64,000 nt of DNA from an uncultured Verrucomicrobiae bacterium (GTDB lineage: Bacteria > Verrucomicrobiota > Verrucomicrobiia > Chthoniobacterales > Chthoniobacteraceae). The notes below the pieces were generated by a model. That model was not told where the DNA came from. It saw only the letters and a list, made by a program, of their open reading frames with translations, and did no database searches. Location of the stretch: the NCBI GenBank assembly GCA_963769025.1, contig CAVYKI010000003.1, positions 1,184,001 through 1,248,000 on the forward strand. The letters run 5' to 3'. Made by a program: the position numbers and the translations under genes. Below, one piece after another: positions 54,349 to 64,000 of this stretch. How positions within the stretch are numbered: the first letter of the stretch is position 1; every line of letters begins with the position of its first letter.

Positions 54349-55918
54349 ACCGCGACGAATCCGTCGCGGCAGCTCGCTGACGGTTCCGCCGTGTGGGACG
54401 TGCTCGTCATCGGCGGCGGCGCAACCGGCCTCGGCACGGCGGTGGATGCCGCCGCGCGCGGCTACCGCACGGCGCTGCTCGAGCAGGGCGACTTCGCCAA
54501 GGGCACCTCCAGCCGCAGCACGAAGCTCATCCACGGCGGCTTCCGCTACCTGCGGCAGGGCAATGTGAGCCTCGTGCGCGAGTCGCTGCGCGAGCGCGGG
54601 CTGCTGCTCCGCAACGCGCCGCACCTCGTCCACGCGATCCCGTTCGTCCTTCCGGCATACGGCGTGTGGCAGAAATTTTTCTACGGCGCGGGCCTGAAGA
54701 TCTACGACCTGCTCGCCGGCAGGCTCGGCCTTGGCAAAACGCGGCTGCTCTCGCGCGAGGAAACGCTGCGCCATCTTCCCACGCTCTCACCCGACGGGCT
54801 GACCGGAGGCGTCCAGTATTTCGACGGCCAGTTCGACGATGCGCGACTCGCCATCTGCCTCGCGCAAACCCTCCACGATCTCGGCGGCGTCGCGGTGAAT
54901 TACTGCCCGGTCGCCACGTTGCTCAAATCCAACGGCCGCGTCTGCGGCGTGGTCGCGCGCGACACGGAGAGCGGACGCGAACTCACGATCCGCGCCCGCG
55001 TCGTGATCAATGCGACCGGCGTTTTCACCGACGCGATCCGGCGGCTCGATGAACCCGCGGCGAAACCGATCATCACCGCGAGCCAGGGCGCGCACATCGT
55101 CCTCGACCGTTCGTTCCTGCCCGGCGACAGCGCGCTGATGGTGCCGAAGACGGACGACGGGCGCGTGCTGTTCGCGATTCCGTGGCACGGGCATGTCGTC
55201 ATCGGCACCACCGACACCCTGCGCGAAGACGCGCCACTGGAGCCGCGCCCGCTCGCGGAGGAGATCGACTTTTTGCTGGAGCACGCCGCGCGTTACCTCA
55301 CGCGCGCGCCGGGAAAAGCCGACATCCTCAGCGCCTTCGCCGGCCTGCGTCCGCTGCTCGGCAAAGCCGCGCTCGGCGCAGACTTCGCGCATCTCCCGCG
55401 AACACGCGCTGCTCGTCTCGCCCTCCGGTCTCGTCACGATCGCAGGCGGCAAGTGGACCACCTACCGCGCGATGGCGGAGCAGACCGTGGATCGCGCCGA
55501 GACCGTCGGCGGCTTGCCGCATCGCCCGTCGCGCACACGCGACCTCCCTCTGCACGCCGCCAGCGGCGCCGCTGCCACAGAACCGCGGCTGAAATGCTAC
55601 GGCGCCGATGCGGCGAAGCTGGACGAACTGCTCCGTTCATCGCCGGAATTTTCCCAGCCATTGCATCCGCGCCTTCCGAATCTCGCAGGCGAAGTGGTTT
55701 GGGCCGCGCGCCACGAAATGGCGCGCACCGTCGAGGACGTGCTGGCGAGACGATTGCGCGCGCTTTTCCTCGATGCCCGCGCCGCGCTCGAAATGGCCCC
55801 GGCAGTCGCCGCGCTGCTGGCGAAGGAACTGGGAATGGACGCAGCGTGGCAGGAGGAGCAACTGCGCACCTTCCGCGAACTCGCCCTGCGCTACCTGCCG
55901 GACGGGCTAGGCGGCTGA
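54345..55918 (+). CDS. glpD: FAD-dependent glycerol-3-phosphate dehydrogenase; frameshifts near 54370 and 55375
   Basis: [84 protein letters not shown]. Confidence 0.92.
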
Positions 55919-55959
55919 ACAGAAAACCGTCGGCAAGAAACTGGGGCGCCGGTTAGACG

Positions 55960-56854
55960 TCAGCGCCCCGCTTTCCGCGTCCAGCGGCAGAAGCTCCCGC
56001 TCGGCACCGGCAGCGTGTCGGCGTCGCCGCGGAGGAGCATTTCGCCGTGCTCGATCGCGCCGCTTTTGCCGAATGCCTGAAGCAGCAGATGATGCAGCGA
56101 GATGGGCGTGAGCTCCGGCGTGTGGCAGGAAATGAGCGACGCCGAGCGGCTCTTCCGAGTGCAGTCGCGAGAGCACGTCGAGCAGGTTCGGGAGATCGTT
56201 TTCGATTTTGAAAATCTCGCCCTTCGCGCCGCGGCCGTAGCTCGGCGGGTCGAGGATGAGGAGGTCGTAGCGCTGCCCGCGGCGCAGTTCGCGTTCGAGG
56301 AATTTCGTCACGTCGTCCACGATCCAGCGGATCGGCTTTTCCTGCAGCGCATTGAGCGCGGCGTTTTTCCGCGCCCACTCGACCATGCCCTTCGAGGCGT
56401 CCACGTGGCACACTTCCGCGCCCGCGCGCGCGGCGGCGAGCGTGCTGCCGCCGGAGTAGGCGAAGAGATTCAGCACGCGCGGCGCGCGGCCGTGCCGCGT
56501 GCGGAATGCGGCGCAGTCCTGCGCGATGCGCTGCCACTGGTCGCGCTGCTCGGGGAAAATCCCGAGATGCCCGAAGTCCGTCGAGCTGAGCTGGAATTTG
56601 ATCCCATCCACCTCGATCGCCCACGTCGCCGGGAGCTTCTCGCGACCCTGCCAGCGGTTGCCGCCTTCGCGGGAGAAAGTCGCCGTCGCCGTGCGCCACG
56701 CGTCTGGCTTCGACGGCTCCCAGACGGCCTGCGCGCAGGGCCGCGCGAGCACGATGCTGCCGAAGCGTTCGAGCTTCTGGAACCCGCCGCTGTCGAGCAG
56801 TTGATAATCGGAGCCGTGCTGTGCGATGCGCCCTTCATGCCAGAGCCGCCGCAT
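55960..56854 (-). CDS. Class I SAM-dependent methyltransferase (RlmI/RlmK-like); frameshift near 56135; start uncertain
   Basis: DYQLLDSGG..KLERFG, FGHLGIFPEQ, VLNLFAYSGG, VCHVDASKG, YDLLILDPPSYGRG. Confidence 0.85.
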
Positions 56855-56963
56855 TCGGCAAGCGCCGCCAAAGGCACGAGGCGGCGAAACGCCTGGCGCC
56901 GCGCTTTGTCCCCACGATGCAATGGGCTGCCGGGTTGAGTCTGTCAGTCGCCCCATTCCCTCC

Positions 56964-58306
56964 ATGAATCTCCGCCCCCTCGTCGCTTCACTTGCCGCCG
57001 TATCCGCCGCCTCCGCGCTCATGCTGGTCGCCGCTCCGCCGCCGGGAGCCACGCCGCCTTCGCCGCCGGCTCCGCCGAAGTCGCTCGCGCCGCACGTGCC
57101 GGCGGAGTGGAAGGCGGGCACGGCGACGGCGGTGGTGACGCCGCAGAAGCTGCTGTGGATGGCCGGCTATGCGTCGCGGAAAAAACCGGCGGAGGGGAAG
57201 GTGCAGGATCTTTTTGCCAAGGCGCTCGCGCTGGAGGATGCGCAGGGGAACCGGCTCGTCTTTGTCACGCTCGACCTCATCGGCGTGCCGCAGTCGTTGC
57301 GACGTGCGGTGGCGGCGAGGGCGGAGAAGGAATTCAAGCTGCCGCCGGCGAATCTCGTGATGAATGCGTCGCACACGCACAGCGGGCCGTCGTTTCGCGG
57401 CAGCCCGGTGACGGAGAAGGATCTCGAGGATCCGAAAATCAGGGACGCGTGGGAATACACGCAGAAGTTGAAGGAGGACATCGTGGGCATCATCGGAAAG
57501 GCGCTCGCGGAAATGCAGCCGGCGCGGCTCACCTGGAACCAGGCGCGCTGCGGGTTCGCGATGAACCGCCGCCGCGACTACACGCTGCCGGCCGGGCATC
57601 CGAATGCGAACAAGGCGCCGAACCCGAACGGCCCGGTGGATCACGATGTGCCCGCGCTGCGCGTCGAGGCGCCGGACGGGACGCTGCGCGCGACGCTCTT
57701 CGGCTACGCGTGTCACAATACGTCGCTCGGCTTTTTCAACTGGTGCGGCGACTACGCGGGCTTTGCGCAGGAGTATCTGCAGGAGCATCGCCCCGGCTTT
57801 ACCGCGCTGTTCCTGATGGGCTGCGGCGGCGATCAGAATCCGTATCCGCGCCGCAGCGATGTGGTCCCCGGCGTCACCGACCTCGAACTCGCGATGCAGC
57901 ACGGGCGCTCGCTTTCGAACGCCGTCGAGATGGCGCTCTCGGTGAATCCGCGTCCGGTGAGCGGACCGATCCGCGCGGCGTATGAGGAAATCAAACTCGC
58001 CTACGCAAAGCCGGACAGCCGGAGCACGACTATCCCGTGCAGGTGATCGCGCTCGGAAAGGATCTCACGTTCATCACGCTCGGCAGCGAGGTCGTGGTGG
58101 ACTACTCGCTGCGGTTCAAACGCGAGTTTGCCGGCGACGCGGGCGTGTGGGTGGCGGGATATTCAAACGACTACACCGGCTACATTCCGAGCCTGCGCGT
58201 GCTCAAGGAAGGCGGCTACGAGGCCGCCGCGGGCTGGGCCGAGGACGTGGAGGATCGCATCGCCACGAAGGTTCACGAACTGCACAAGAAGGTCACACAG
58301 CCATGA
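56964..58306 (+). CDS. Neutral/alkaline ceramidase-like secreted protein; frameshift near 58020
   Basis: Signal peptide; WMAGYASR, DLFAKALALED, NASHTHSGP, GPVDHDVP, FGYACHNT, GCGGDQNPYPR, GYSND..GYIPS..GGYE. Confidence 0.82.
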
Positions 58307-59648
58307 AGATTTCCCGACGCACGCTCCTGAAACGCCTCCCGCTCGCCGCGCTCGCAGGCGGGTTTTTCATCCATGTCCGCGCGCAGCAGGCGAAGGCGAT
58401 CTGGGTGACGGGCAACCCGACGATCGACAAGCCGCGCGAGATCGCGCTCGCGCTGCTGAAGCCCGACGCAGGCGCAGATCGAGCACGCGTGGGAGCTGCA
58501 TTTTGCGTCGCGTCGTGTTCGAGTCGTATGGCTTTGCGCCGCGCTTTGCGGTGGATGGCGAGGCGATCAATGCGGCGATGCAAGGACGGGCGCCTCGAGC
58601 GAGGAACTGACGGACCTGCGCGAGGCGATGATGCATGAATCGCGGCGCGACCAATGAACGCGAGCGCAAGGAGTTCCTCGACGCGTTCCAGGCGGCGGGC
58701 GTGACGTGCATTTTCCAAAACGCCGGCGAGGAGGGCAACGATCCGCTGCGGCTCATCAAGCGCCTCGCGCATTTCACCCAGGCCACCGACCTGATGAAGC
58801 CCGCGCTTTCGAAGGTGGTGAACGCCGACGAGATCGCGGCGCTGAAGAAGGCGGGCCATGTGGGACTCTGCTTCACCGGCAATGGCGTGCCGCTGCCGCA
58901 TGCGCTGGGAGAGCGTGCGCGATGAATTGCGGCTTCGTCCGCATCTTCCACGAGCTGGGCATCCGCATGATGCACCTCACCTACAACCGCCGGAATCCGC
59001 ATCGGCGACGGCGCGGGCGAGCCGCACGACGGCGGGCTGAGCGACTTCGGCCACGCGGCCGTCGCGGAGATGAACAGGATCGGCGTGATCGTGGACGTGG
59101 CGCACAGCGGATGGAAGACGCGCCGGCGGATGCCGCGAAGGCCTCCGCGAAACCCATGGTCGCGAGCCACACGACCTGCGCGGATGTCTACAAACACTTC
59201 CGCGGCAAGCCGGACGACGTCATCAAGGCCATCTGCGACACCGACGGACTCGTCGGCATGTGCTGCATCCCGCGCTTCCTCGGCGGCAAAGGGCGACATC
59301 ACCGCGCTGCTGGATCACCTCGATCACGTCATCAAGAAATTCGGCGCCGAACATGCCGCGATCGGCTGCGATGTCGCCTATGTCTCGCGTTTCGAAAAGG
59401 AGGAGCGCGCGAAAATCCGCAAGCGCGCCGACGGCTCCACGCCGCTCGGCAGTGCGGGCGGCCGCTGGGAGCACCTCTGGCCGAAGGACGATTTCGAGAC
59501 CACGCCGGAGGCGGAGCAGAGCATCGCCTGGACGAACTGGCCGCTCTTCACGCTCGGCATGGTCATGCGCGGCCACAGCGACGACGCCATCCGCAAGGTG
59601 CTCGGCGGAAACGTGATGCGCGTGCTGCAGGCGAATACGCCTGCGTGA
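58303..59648 (+). CDS. Tat-exported membrane dipeptidase (peptidase M19) family protein; multiple frameshifts
   Basis: MKISRRTLLK twin-arginine signal; GIRMMHLTYNRRN, MNRIGVIVDVAHSG, MVASHT, RGKPDD, AIGCD, KVLGGNVMR. Confidence 0.8.
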
Positions 59649-59850
59649 ACCCAAAGCAATCCATGGCTGCCACCCGGCTCACGCGTCCGAATTCCGGGAC
59701 GTGCACTGCCGCAGTACGTTGCGGCGCGCTGAAGCGCCGCACGACTTTGGCGCGGCGACCCGATCGGCCTCTGGGGCAATTCGCACATCAGCGGAGGAGC
59801 GCTCGACCGTAAGCATAGCGGCAGAACCACCGCCGATCCCATTTCCACAC

Positions 59851-59882
59851 AAAAAAACGCCCCGGCTGTTACACCGGGGCGT
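59851..59882 (-). terminator. Intrinsic terminator of the RRM gene
   Basis: ACGCCCCGG/CCGGGGCGT stem with an A7 tract on + (U-tract on -), about 50 nt past the stop at 59934. Confidence 0.8.
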
Positions 59883-59933
59883 CTTGAATTTTGAACGCGG
59901 ATTCCGCGTCAGGCGAAGCCTTGGGAGGCTTGC

Positions 59934-60296
59934 TTAGTAGCGCTGGTAATCGCGACGGCCACCGCCGCCACCACCACCACCGCCGCCGCCGAACGAGCGG
60001 CGCTGTCCGCCGCCACCACCACCACCACCGCCGCCGCCGCCTGCTTCACGCGGGCGGGCTTCATTGACGGTGAGGGCGCGACCGCCGACCTGCTTGCCAT
60101 TGAACATCTCGATGGCCTTCTTGGCTTCATCGGCGGTGCCCATGGTGACGAAGGCGAAACCGCGGGATTTGCCGGTCATGCGATCCTGCATGAGGGCGGC
60201 TTCCGTGACGGTTCCGGCTTGCTTGAAGAGATCTTCAAGTTCGATTTCGAGGGTCTCAAAGGAGAGATTGCCCACGTATAGTTTGCTGTTTGACAT
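59934..60296 (-). CDS. RNA-binding protein (single RRM with a Gly-rich tail)
   Basis: RNP2 KLYVGNL, RNP1 [18 protein letters not shown], poly-Gly tail encoded by GGC/GGT runs. Confidence 0.95.
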   Translation of the reverse strand: MSNSKLYVGNLSFETLEIELEDLFKQAGTVTEAALMQDRMTGKSRGFAFVTMGTADEAKKAIEMFNGKQVGGRALTVNEARPREAGGGGGGGGGGGGQRRSFGGGGGGGGGGGRRDYQRY

Positions 60297-60446
60297 GTGT
60301 TTGTTTCTGCAACTTGCGGAGTCTTCTGCGGCTGTTTCCGATGATCGGATTTCAAACTGCCAAAGGAAGCTCTGCGATTAACACCGCACTGCAAACACAA
60401 CTAGCAATCTACCAACGCCCAAAGGGGCTCTGAACTTGCGAGCGGG

Positions 60447-60475
60447 ACTAGATACGGGGTCGCCGGTGACCGCAA
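60447..60475 (-). promoter_or_regulatory. Putative sigma70 promoter of the RRM gene
   Basis: Minus strand AAAAGATTTCCC-TTGCGG then TATCTAGT at 15-17 nt spacing; implies a leader of about 145 nt. Confidence 0.45.
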
Positions 60476-60601
60476 GGGAAATCTTTTGCGCGGAATTCAG
60501 GCGGGCTCCGAACGGGCGCAATTAACCGCGGCGGGCGCGGAGAGCGCGGCGGTTGCCATTGGATCCCGGGTCTGCCGCGATGGCCGCAGGTGGCAAGCGG
60601 G

Positions 60602-61555
60602 TCATTTCGCGAGCTTGCGGAAATGGCGGCGATGGTCGGCTAGGCGTTTCCGGAGTGCAGTCCGGAGTTCGCCGTGCGGGTCGGTGTCGCCGGCAGTCGC
60701 GGCTGCCACGCACAGGCGGGCCATGCCGAGGGAATCCGCGACGCTGACGTATTCCGATGCGATGCGATCGCGGGCGCCGCAGTTGTGGTAGTTGCCGAGC
60801 GCCACGCACATCGCGGCGGTGCGGTAGCCGAAAAGCGCGTAGGCGGTGGCCTCGCAGGTGCCGCCCTGCATGAGGGCGCGCTGATGCGGGATGCCGGCGC
60901 CTTTCGCCGCGGCCTGGAGCTGCGCGGTCGCGGCGGAGTCGAAGATGCTCGTGCGATCGCCGACGCGGATGATCGGGCCGCCGCCGATGGTCACCGGCCC
61001 GCCTTTCACACTGCTGGTCTCCAGCGAGACGACGGTGACGCCCTTAGGCAGGCGTCCGCTTTTCGCGAGCTCGATGGCGCCGATGAAACCCACCTCCTCC
61101 GCGCGGGTGAAAAGGCCCCACGCGGAACATTCCGCGCCGGCGTGTTCGAGTTCGCGCAGCGCGGCGACGATGGCCGCGCAGCCGATGAGGTCGTCGCACG
61201 CCCGCGAGCGGATGCGTCCGGTGCGGACTTCGCAGGCCGGGAGATCCCACATCCGGAATGCGCCGAATTTGCGCGTGGGCGGTTTCTTTTTCCGGTAGCG
61301 CTCCGGCACGCCGCCGAGAAATTCGCGCCCGACGTACGCCGGATGGTCCATGTGTGCGGCAAAGGCGAAACGCGCCGCGGCCTTCCCGCGCCGGTAGTGC
61401 GCGAGGAGGTTGCCGTAGCGATCCTCGACGAGCCGGACATGCGGGCAGTCCGAGAGCAGCGCGCGGATTTCGCGCCGGACGGCGTCCTCGTGGAAGGGCG
61501 CGGTGGGTTGCGCAAGGATGCGGCGGGCGATGGCAAGGATGTCGGCGGTGTCCAT
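60602..61555 (-). CDS. M20/M28/M42-clan metallopeptidase-like protein
   Basis: PTAPFHE, DRYGNL, AHMDHP, RACDDLIG, RAEEVGFIG, GGTCEAT, LGNYHN. Confidence 0.8.
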   Translation of the reverse strand: MDTADILAIARRILAQPTAPFHEDAVRREIRALLSDCPHVRLVEDRYGNLLAHYRRGKAAARFAFAAHMDHPAYVGREFLGGVPERYRKKKPPTRKFGAFRMWDLPACEVRTGRIRSRACDDLIGCAAIVAALRELEHAGAECSAWGLFTRAEEVGFIGAIELAKSGRLPKGVTVVSLETSSVKGGPVTIGGGPIIRVGDRTSIFDSAATAQLQAAAKGAGIPHQRALMQGGTCEATAYALFGYRTAAMCVALGNYHNCGARDRIASEYVSVADSLGMARLCVAAATAGDTDPHGELRTALRKRLADHRRHFRKLAK

Positions 61556-61669
61556 GGTTTGCAGTTCTCGATTCTCGTTTCGCAGTAAATCAGTATTGAG
61601 TCTGCCCGCACGCTCCGAAAACACCTTGCACGTTCAGACTGAGCCGCGACCAAACCCGCCGTTTTCCTT

Positions 61670-62641
61670 TTGAAAAAAATCCGCCACTTTCTCGAGACCT
61701 CCCTCTGCCGGCTGCTCGCATGGTGGATCCCGCACCTCACGCGGCGGAGCTGCCTCCACCTCGCGAACGGGCTCGGGACCGTCGCATTCATGCTCGACCG
61801 CCGCGGGCGCGCGGTGGCGCTGGCGAACGTCGAATGCGCGCTCGGGCCGTCGCTCACGGATGCGCAAAGGCGGGATATCATCCACGAGAGCTACCGCAAT
61901 TTCGCGCGGACAATGGTGGACCTTTTCTGGTCCCCGGCGCTCGCGCGGCCGGAGAACCGGCACTTCCTCCGCGTGTACGGCTGGGAAGCGCTGAACGAGC
62001 GCGCAGCCCGCGAAAAGCGCGGCGTCATCTACGTCTCGCTGCACGCGGCGAACTGGGAATGGTCGAGCCTCGCGTGCAGCTTCGGCGGCCCCGGCGCCAT
62101 CGCCGTCGCCGAGCATTTCAAAAACCCGGGACTCGACGTGCTTTTCAAATCCCTGCGCGAAGTGACCGGCCAGACGATCATCCCGCAGGAAAATTCGATG
62201 CTGCGCATGCTCCGCACGGTGAAGCGCGGCGGCCGCACCGCCTTCCTCTGCGACCTGAGCGTCCCGCCCTCGCAGGCCGCGACCATCGTGCGCGCATTCG
62301 GTTTGGAAATGAGCGCCAGCATCCTCCACGCGGTGCTCGCGCAGCGGGCCGATGCGATCATCGCCTGCGTGGACACCTATCCGCAGCCCGACGGTTCATG
62401 CGAGGCGCACGTGAGCGTCCTCGAATGCCCGCCCGCCGCCACGCTCCGCGAAATCGCGCAGGCATGCTGGGATCACTTCGAGCCGCGCCTGCTCCGCGAG
62501 CCCGGGCTGTGGCTGTGGCCCTACAAACATTTCCGCCACAAGCCGCACGCGACCGCGGTGCGGTATCCGTTTTACGCGAATGAATGGGACGCGTTCGACA
62601 TCCTCCGCGCCGAATCCGCGCGGACGGGCGAGCGCGTTTGA
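61670..62641 (+). CDS. Lipid A biosynthesis acyltransferase (LpxL/HtrB-like)
   Basis: RAVALANV, SYRNFART, SLHAANWEW (H-x4-E), WLWPYKHFR. Confidence 0.8.
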   Translation: MKKIRHFLETSLCRLLAWWIPHLTRRSCLHLANGLGTVAFMLDRRGRAVALANVECALGPSLTDAQRRDIIHESYRNFARTMVDLFWSPALARPENRHFLRVYGWEALNERAAREKRGVIYVSLHAANWEWSSLACSFGGPGAIAVAEHFKNPGLDVLFKSLREVTGQTIIPQENSMLRMLRTVKRGGRTAFLCDLSVPPSQAATIVRAFGLEMSASILHAVLAQRADAIIACVDTYPQPDGSCEAHVSVLECPPAATLREIAQACWDHFEPRLLREPGLWLWPYKHFRHKPHATAVRYPFYANEWDAFDILRAESARTGERV

Positions 62642-62675
62642 CAAAATGACTGGAACCGCCTTTCCTCCGCCCGCA

Positions 62676-63263
62676 ATGAAACACCTTCTCACCACCATCC
62701 TCGCTCTCACCGGGATCGCCTTCATCGCTGGCTGCGCAAGCGTCGGCGGTTCTTATTCCGTCAAGGCCTACGCGCCGCACGATCCGTCGGCAGTAAGGGT
62801 CAAGGTCTCCACTTCCACGCAGAACGTCTACGTGATGGAAGGCAACCGCATGCTCATGGCGATCCAGGGCTGTGTCGGGGCCAACGGCGCAACCGGTTCG
62901 GGCACCTACCGCATCATGGAAAAGATCAAGGAGAAGCGCCGCATCAGCCAGCCGGATGCCGGCTACCCGATGGCCTACTGGTGCGCGTGGAAGCCCGCCT
63001 ACGGCTTCCATGAAGGCTTCGTCCACCCGCGCCCGCGCACCCACGGCTGCATCCGGATGCACAAGGAAGCCGCCGCCCGGTTCTACGCGCTCGTGCAGAT
63101 CGGCACGCCGGTGAACATCGCCGCCACCCAGCCGGAGGACGCCACCTACGGCAACAGCGTCCGCAAGCTCGACCAGTCCCGCGACCCCGATCCGCCGCGC
63201 TCGCAGATGATGGCGGCGAGCTGGTTCAAGGATCCGGCAGGCCCGCTGCTCATCAAGGAGTAG
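62676..63263 (+). CDS. L,D-transpeptidase (YkuD) family lipoprotein
   Basis: Lipobox IAGC; YGFHEG....PRTHGCIRM; GTPVNI. Confidence 0.88.
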   Translation: MKHLLTTILALTGIAFIAGCASVGGSYSVKAYAPHDPSAVRVKVSTSTQNVYVMEGNRMLMAIQGCVGANGATGSGTYRIMEKIKEKRRISQPDAGYPMAYWCAWKPAYGFHEGFVHPRPRTHGCIRMHKEAAARFYALVQIGTPVNIAATQPEDATYGNSVRKLDQSRDPDPPRSQMMAASWFKDPAGPLLIKE

Positions 63264-63284
63264 CCTTTCCAGGCCTCGTTTTTC

Positions 63285-63325
63285 AAAGGCGTCCGCGACG
63301 TGAGTTGCGGACGCCTTTCCTTTTT
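63285..63325 (+). terminator. Intrinsic terminator
   Basis: AAAGGCGTCCGCGAC-GTGA-GTTGCGGACGCCTTT stem-loop followed by CCTTTTT. Confidence 0.8.
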
Positions 63326-63352
63326 CAAAACCGCAGCTACGATTCACGCCCA

Positions 63353-64000
63353 ATGTCCACGACCACACCAGCGCCAGCTCCCGCCAAACGCGTCAACCTC
63401 CGCACGCCCGATGTCATGGCGGCCGTGCAGTCCCAGGTCGAGTCGCACTACCGCAGCGCGGTCGTCGAGCGCATCCGCGCGAGCGGCGGGACGCTCACGG
63501 TGGACGGCGTCACCGTCCATCTCGCGAAGCAGTTCGGCTTTTGCTACGGCGTCGAGCGCGCCATCGATCTCGCCTACGCCGCGCGCAAGGTTTTTGCCGA
63601 CAAACGCGTCTTCATCCTCGGCGAAATCATCCACAACCCCGAGGTGAACCGCCAGATCGCCGACATGGGCGTGGTCAACATTCTCGACAGCAAGGGCGAG
63701 GCGAACGTGGACGACATCGGCCCCGAGGATGTCGTCATCGTCCCTGCGTTCGGCACCAGCGTGACGACGCTCGCGCGGCTGAAGGAACGCGGCGTGCCAG
63801 ATCGTGGACACGACGTGCGGAGATGTGATGAGCGTCTGGAAACGCGTGAAGCAGAACGCCGCTGAGGACATGACGAGCATCATCCACGGCAAGGCTTCGC
63901 ATGAGGAGACACGCGCCACCGCGAGCCGCGCCGTGCATGAGAGCAAGGGCCACTACCTCGTCGTCCTCTCGCTCTCGGACACCGACTTTGTCTGCGACTA
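63353..64000 (+). CDS. ispH: 4-hydroxy-3-methylbut-2-enyl diphosphate reductase, runs off the window; frameshift near 63797
   Basis: LAKQFGFCYGVERAI, GEIIHNPEVN, VIVPAFG, then shifted IVDTTCGDVMSVWKRV..SIIHGK..HEET. Confidence 0.93.

Noticed and set aside
56825..56827. Possible ATC start codon for the methyltransferase
   Set aside because: An in-frame ATG exists at 56854 and the assembly is error-prone
59957..60040. CCG/CCA trinucleotide runs, and GGGCCC-type repeats at 52503-52570, as CRISPR or VNTR
   Set aside because: They encode the poly-Gly and Gly-Pro tracts of proteins; no repeat-spacer structure and no cas genes

Overview
A 64-kb, GC-rich, gene-dense chromosomal window. Gene content (two PVC-type CxxCH dehydrogenases, a DUF1549/DUF1553 + DUF1501 pair, DUF1080, PEP-CTERM, two DUF4838, an RRM protein) suggests Verrucomicrobiota, probably Chthoniobacterales-like; this is inference. 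About 50 genes are recognisable. They include housekeeping genes (cinA, pyk, yajQ, glpK-glpD, ispH, an LpxL-like acyltransferase, an L,D-transpeptidase), a lipoprotein-resB-ccsA cytochrome c maturation operon, a 15.6-kb co-oriented glycan/sugar-acid catabolic locus, and four paralogous Pro/Gly-rich secreted peptidoglycan-binding proteins. Many genes are split by single-base frameshifts clustered in patches, including normally essential ispH, so these are most likely long-read assembly errors; such genes are reported as joined spans. No tRNA, rRNA, CRISPR array, prophage, integrase or transposase was seen. The most notable observations are: REP-like palindromes sitting inside three coding sequences and supplying stop codons; a BASS symporter-kinase-aldolase cassette among sialidase-like genes; an uncharacterised His-motif lipoprotein coupled to an extended ResB/CcsA; the PG-binding protein array; and a candidate promoter-to-terminator small RNA at about 40.3 kb. 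All family calls are from motif recognition by eye, not database searches.
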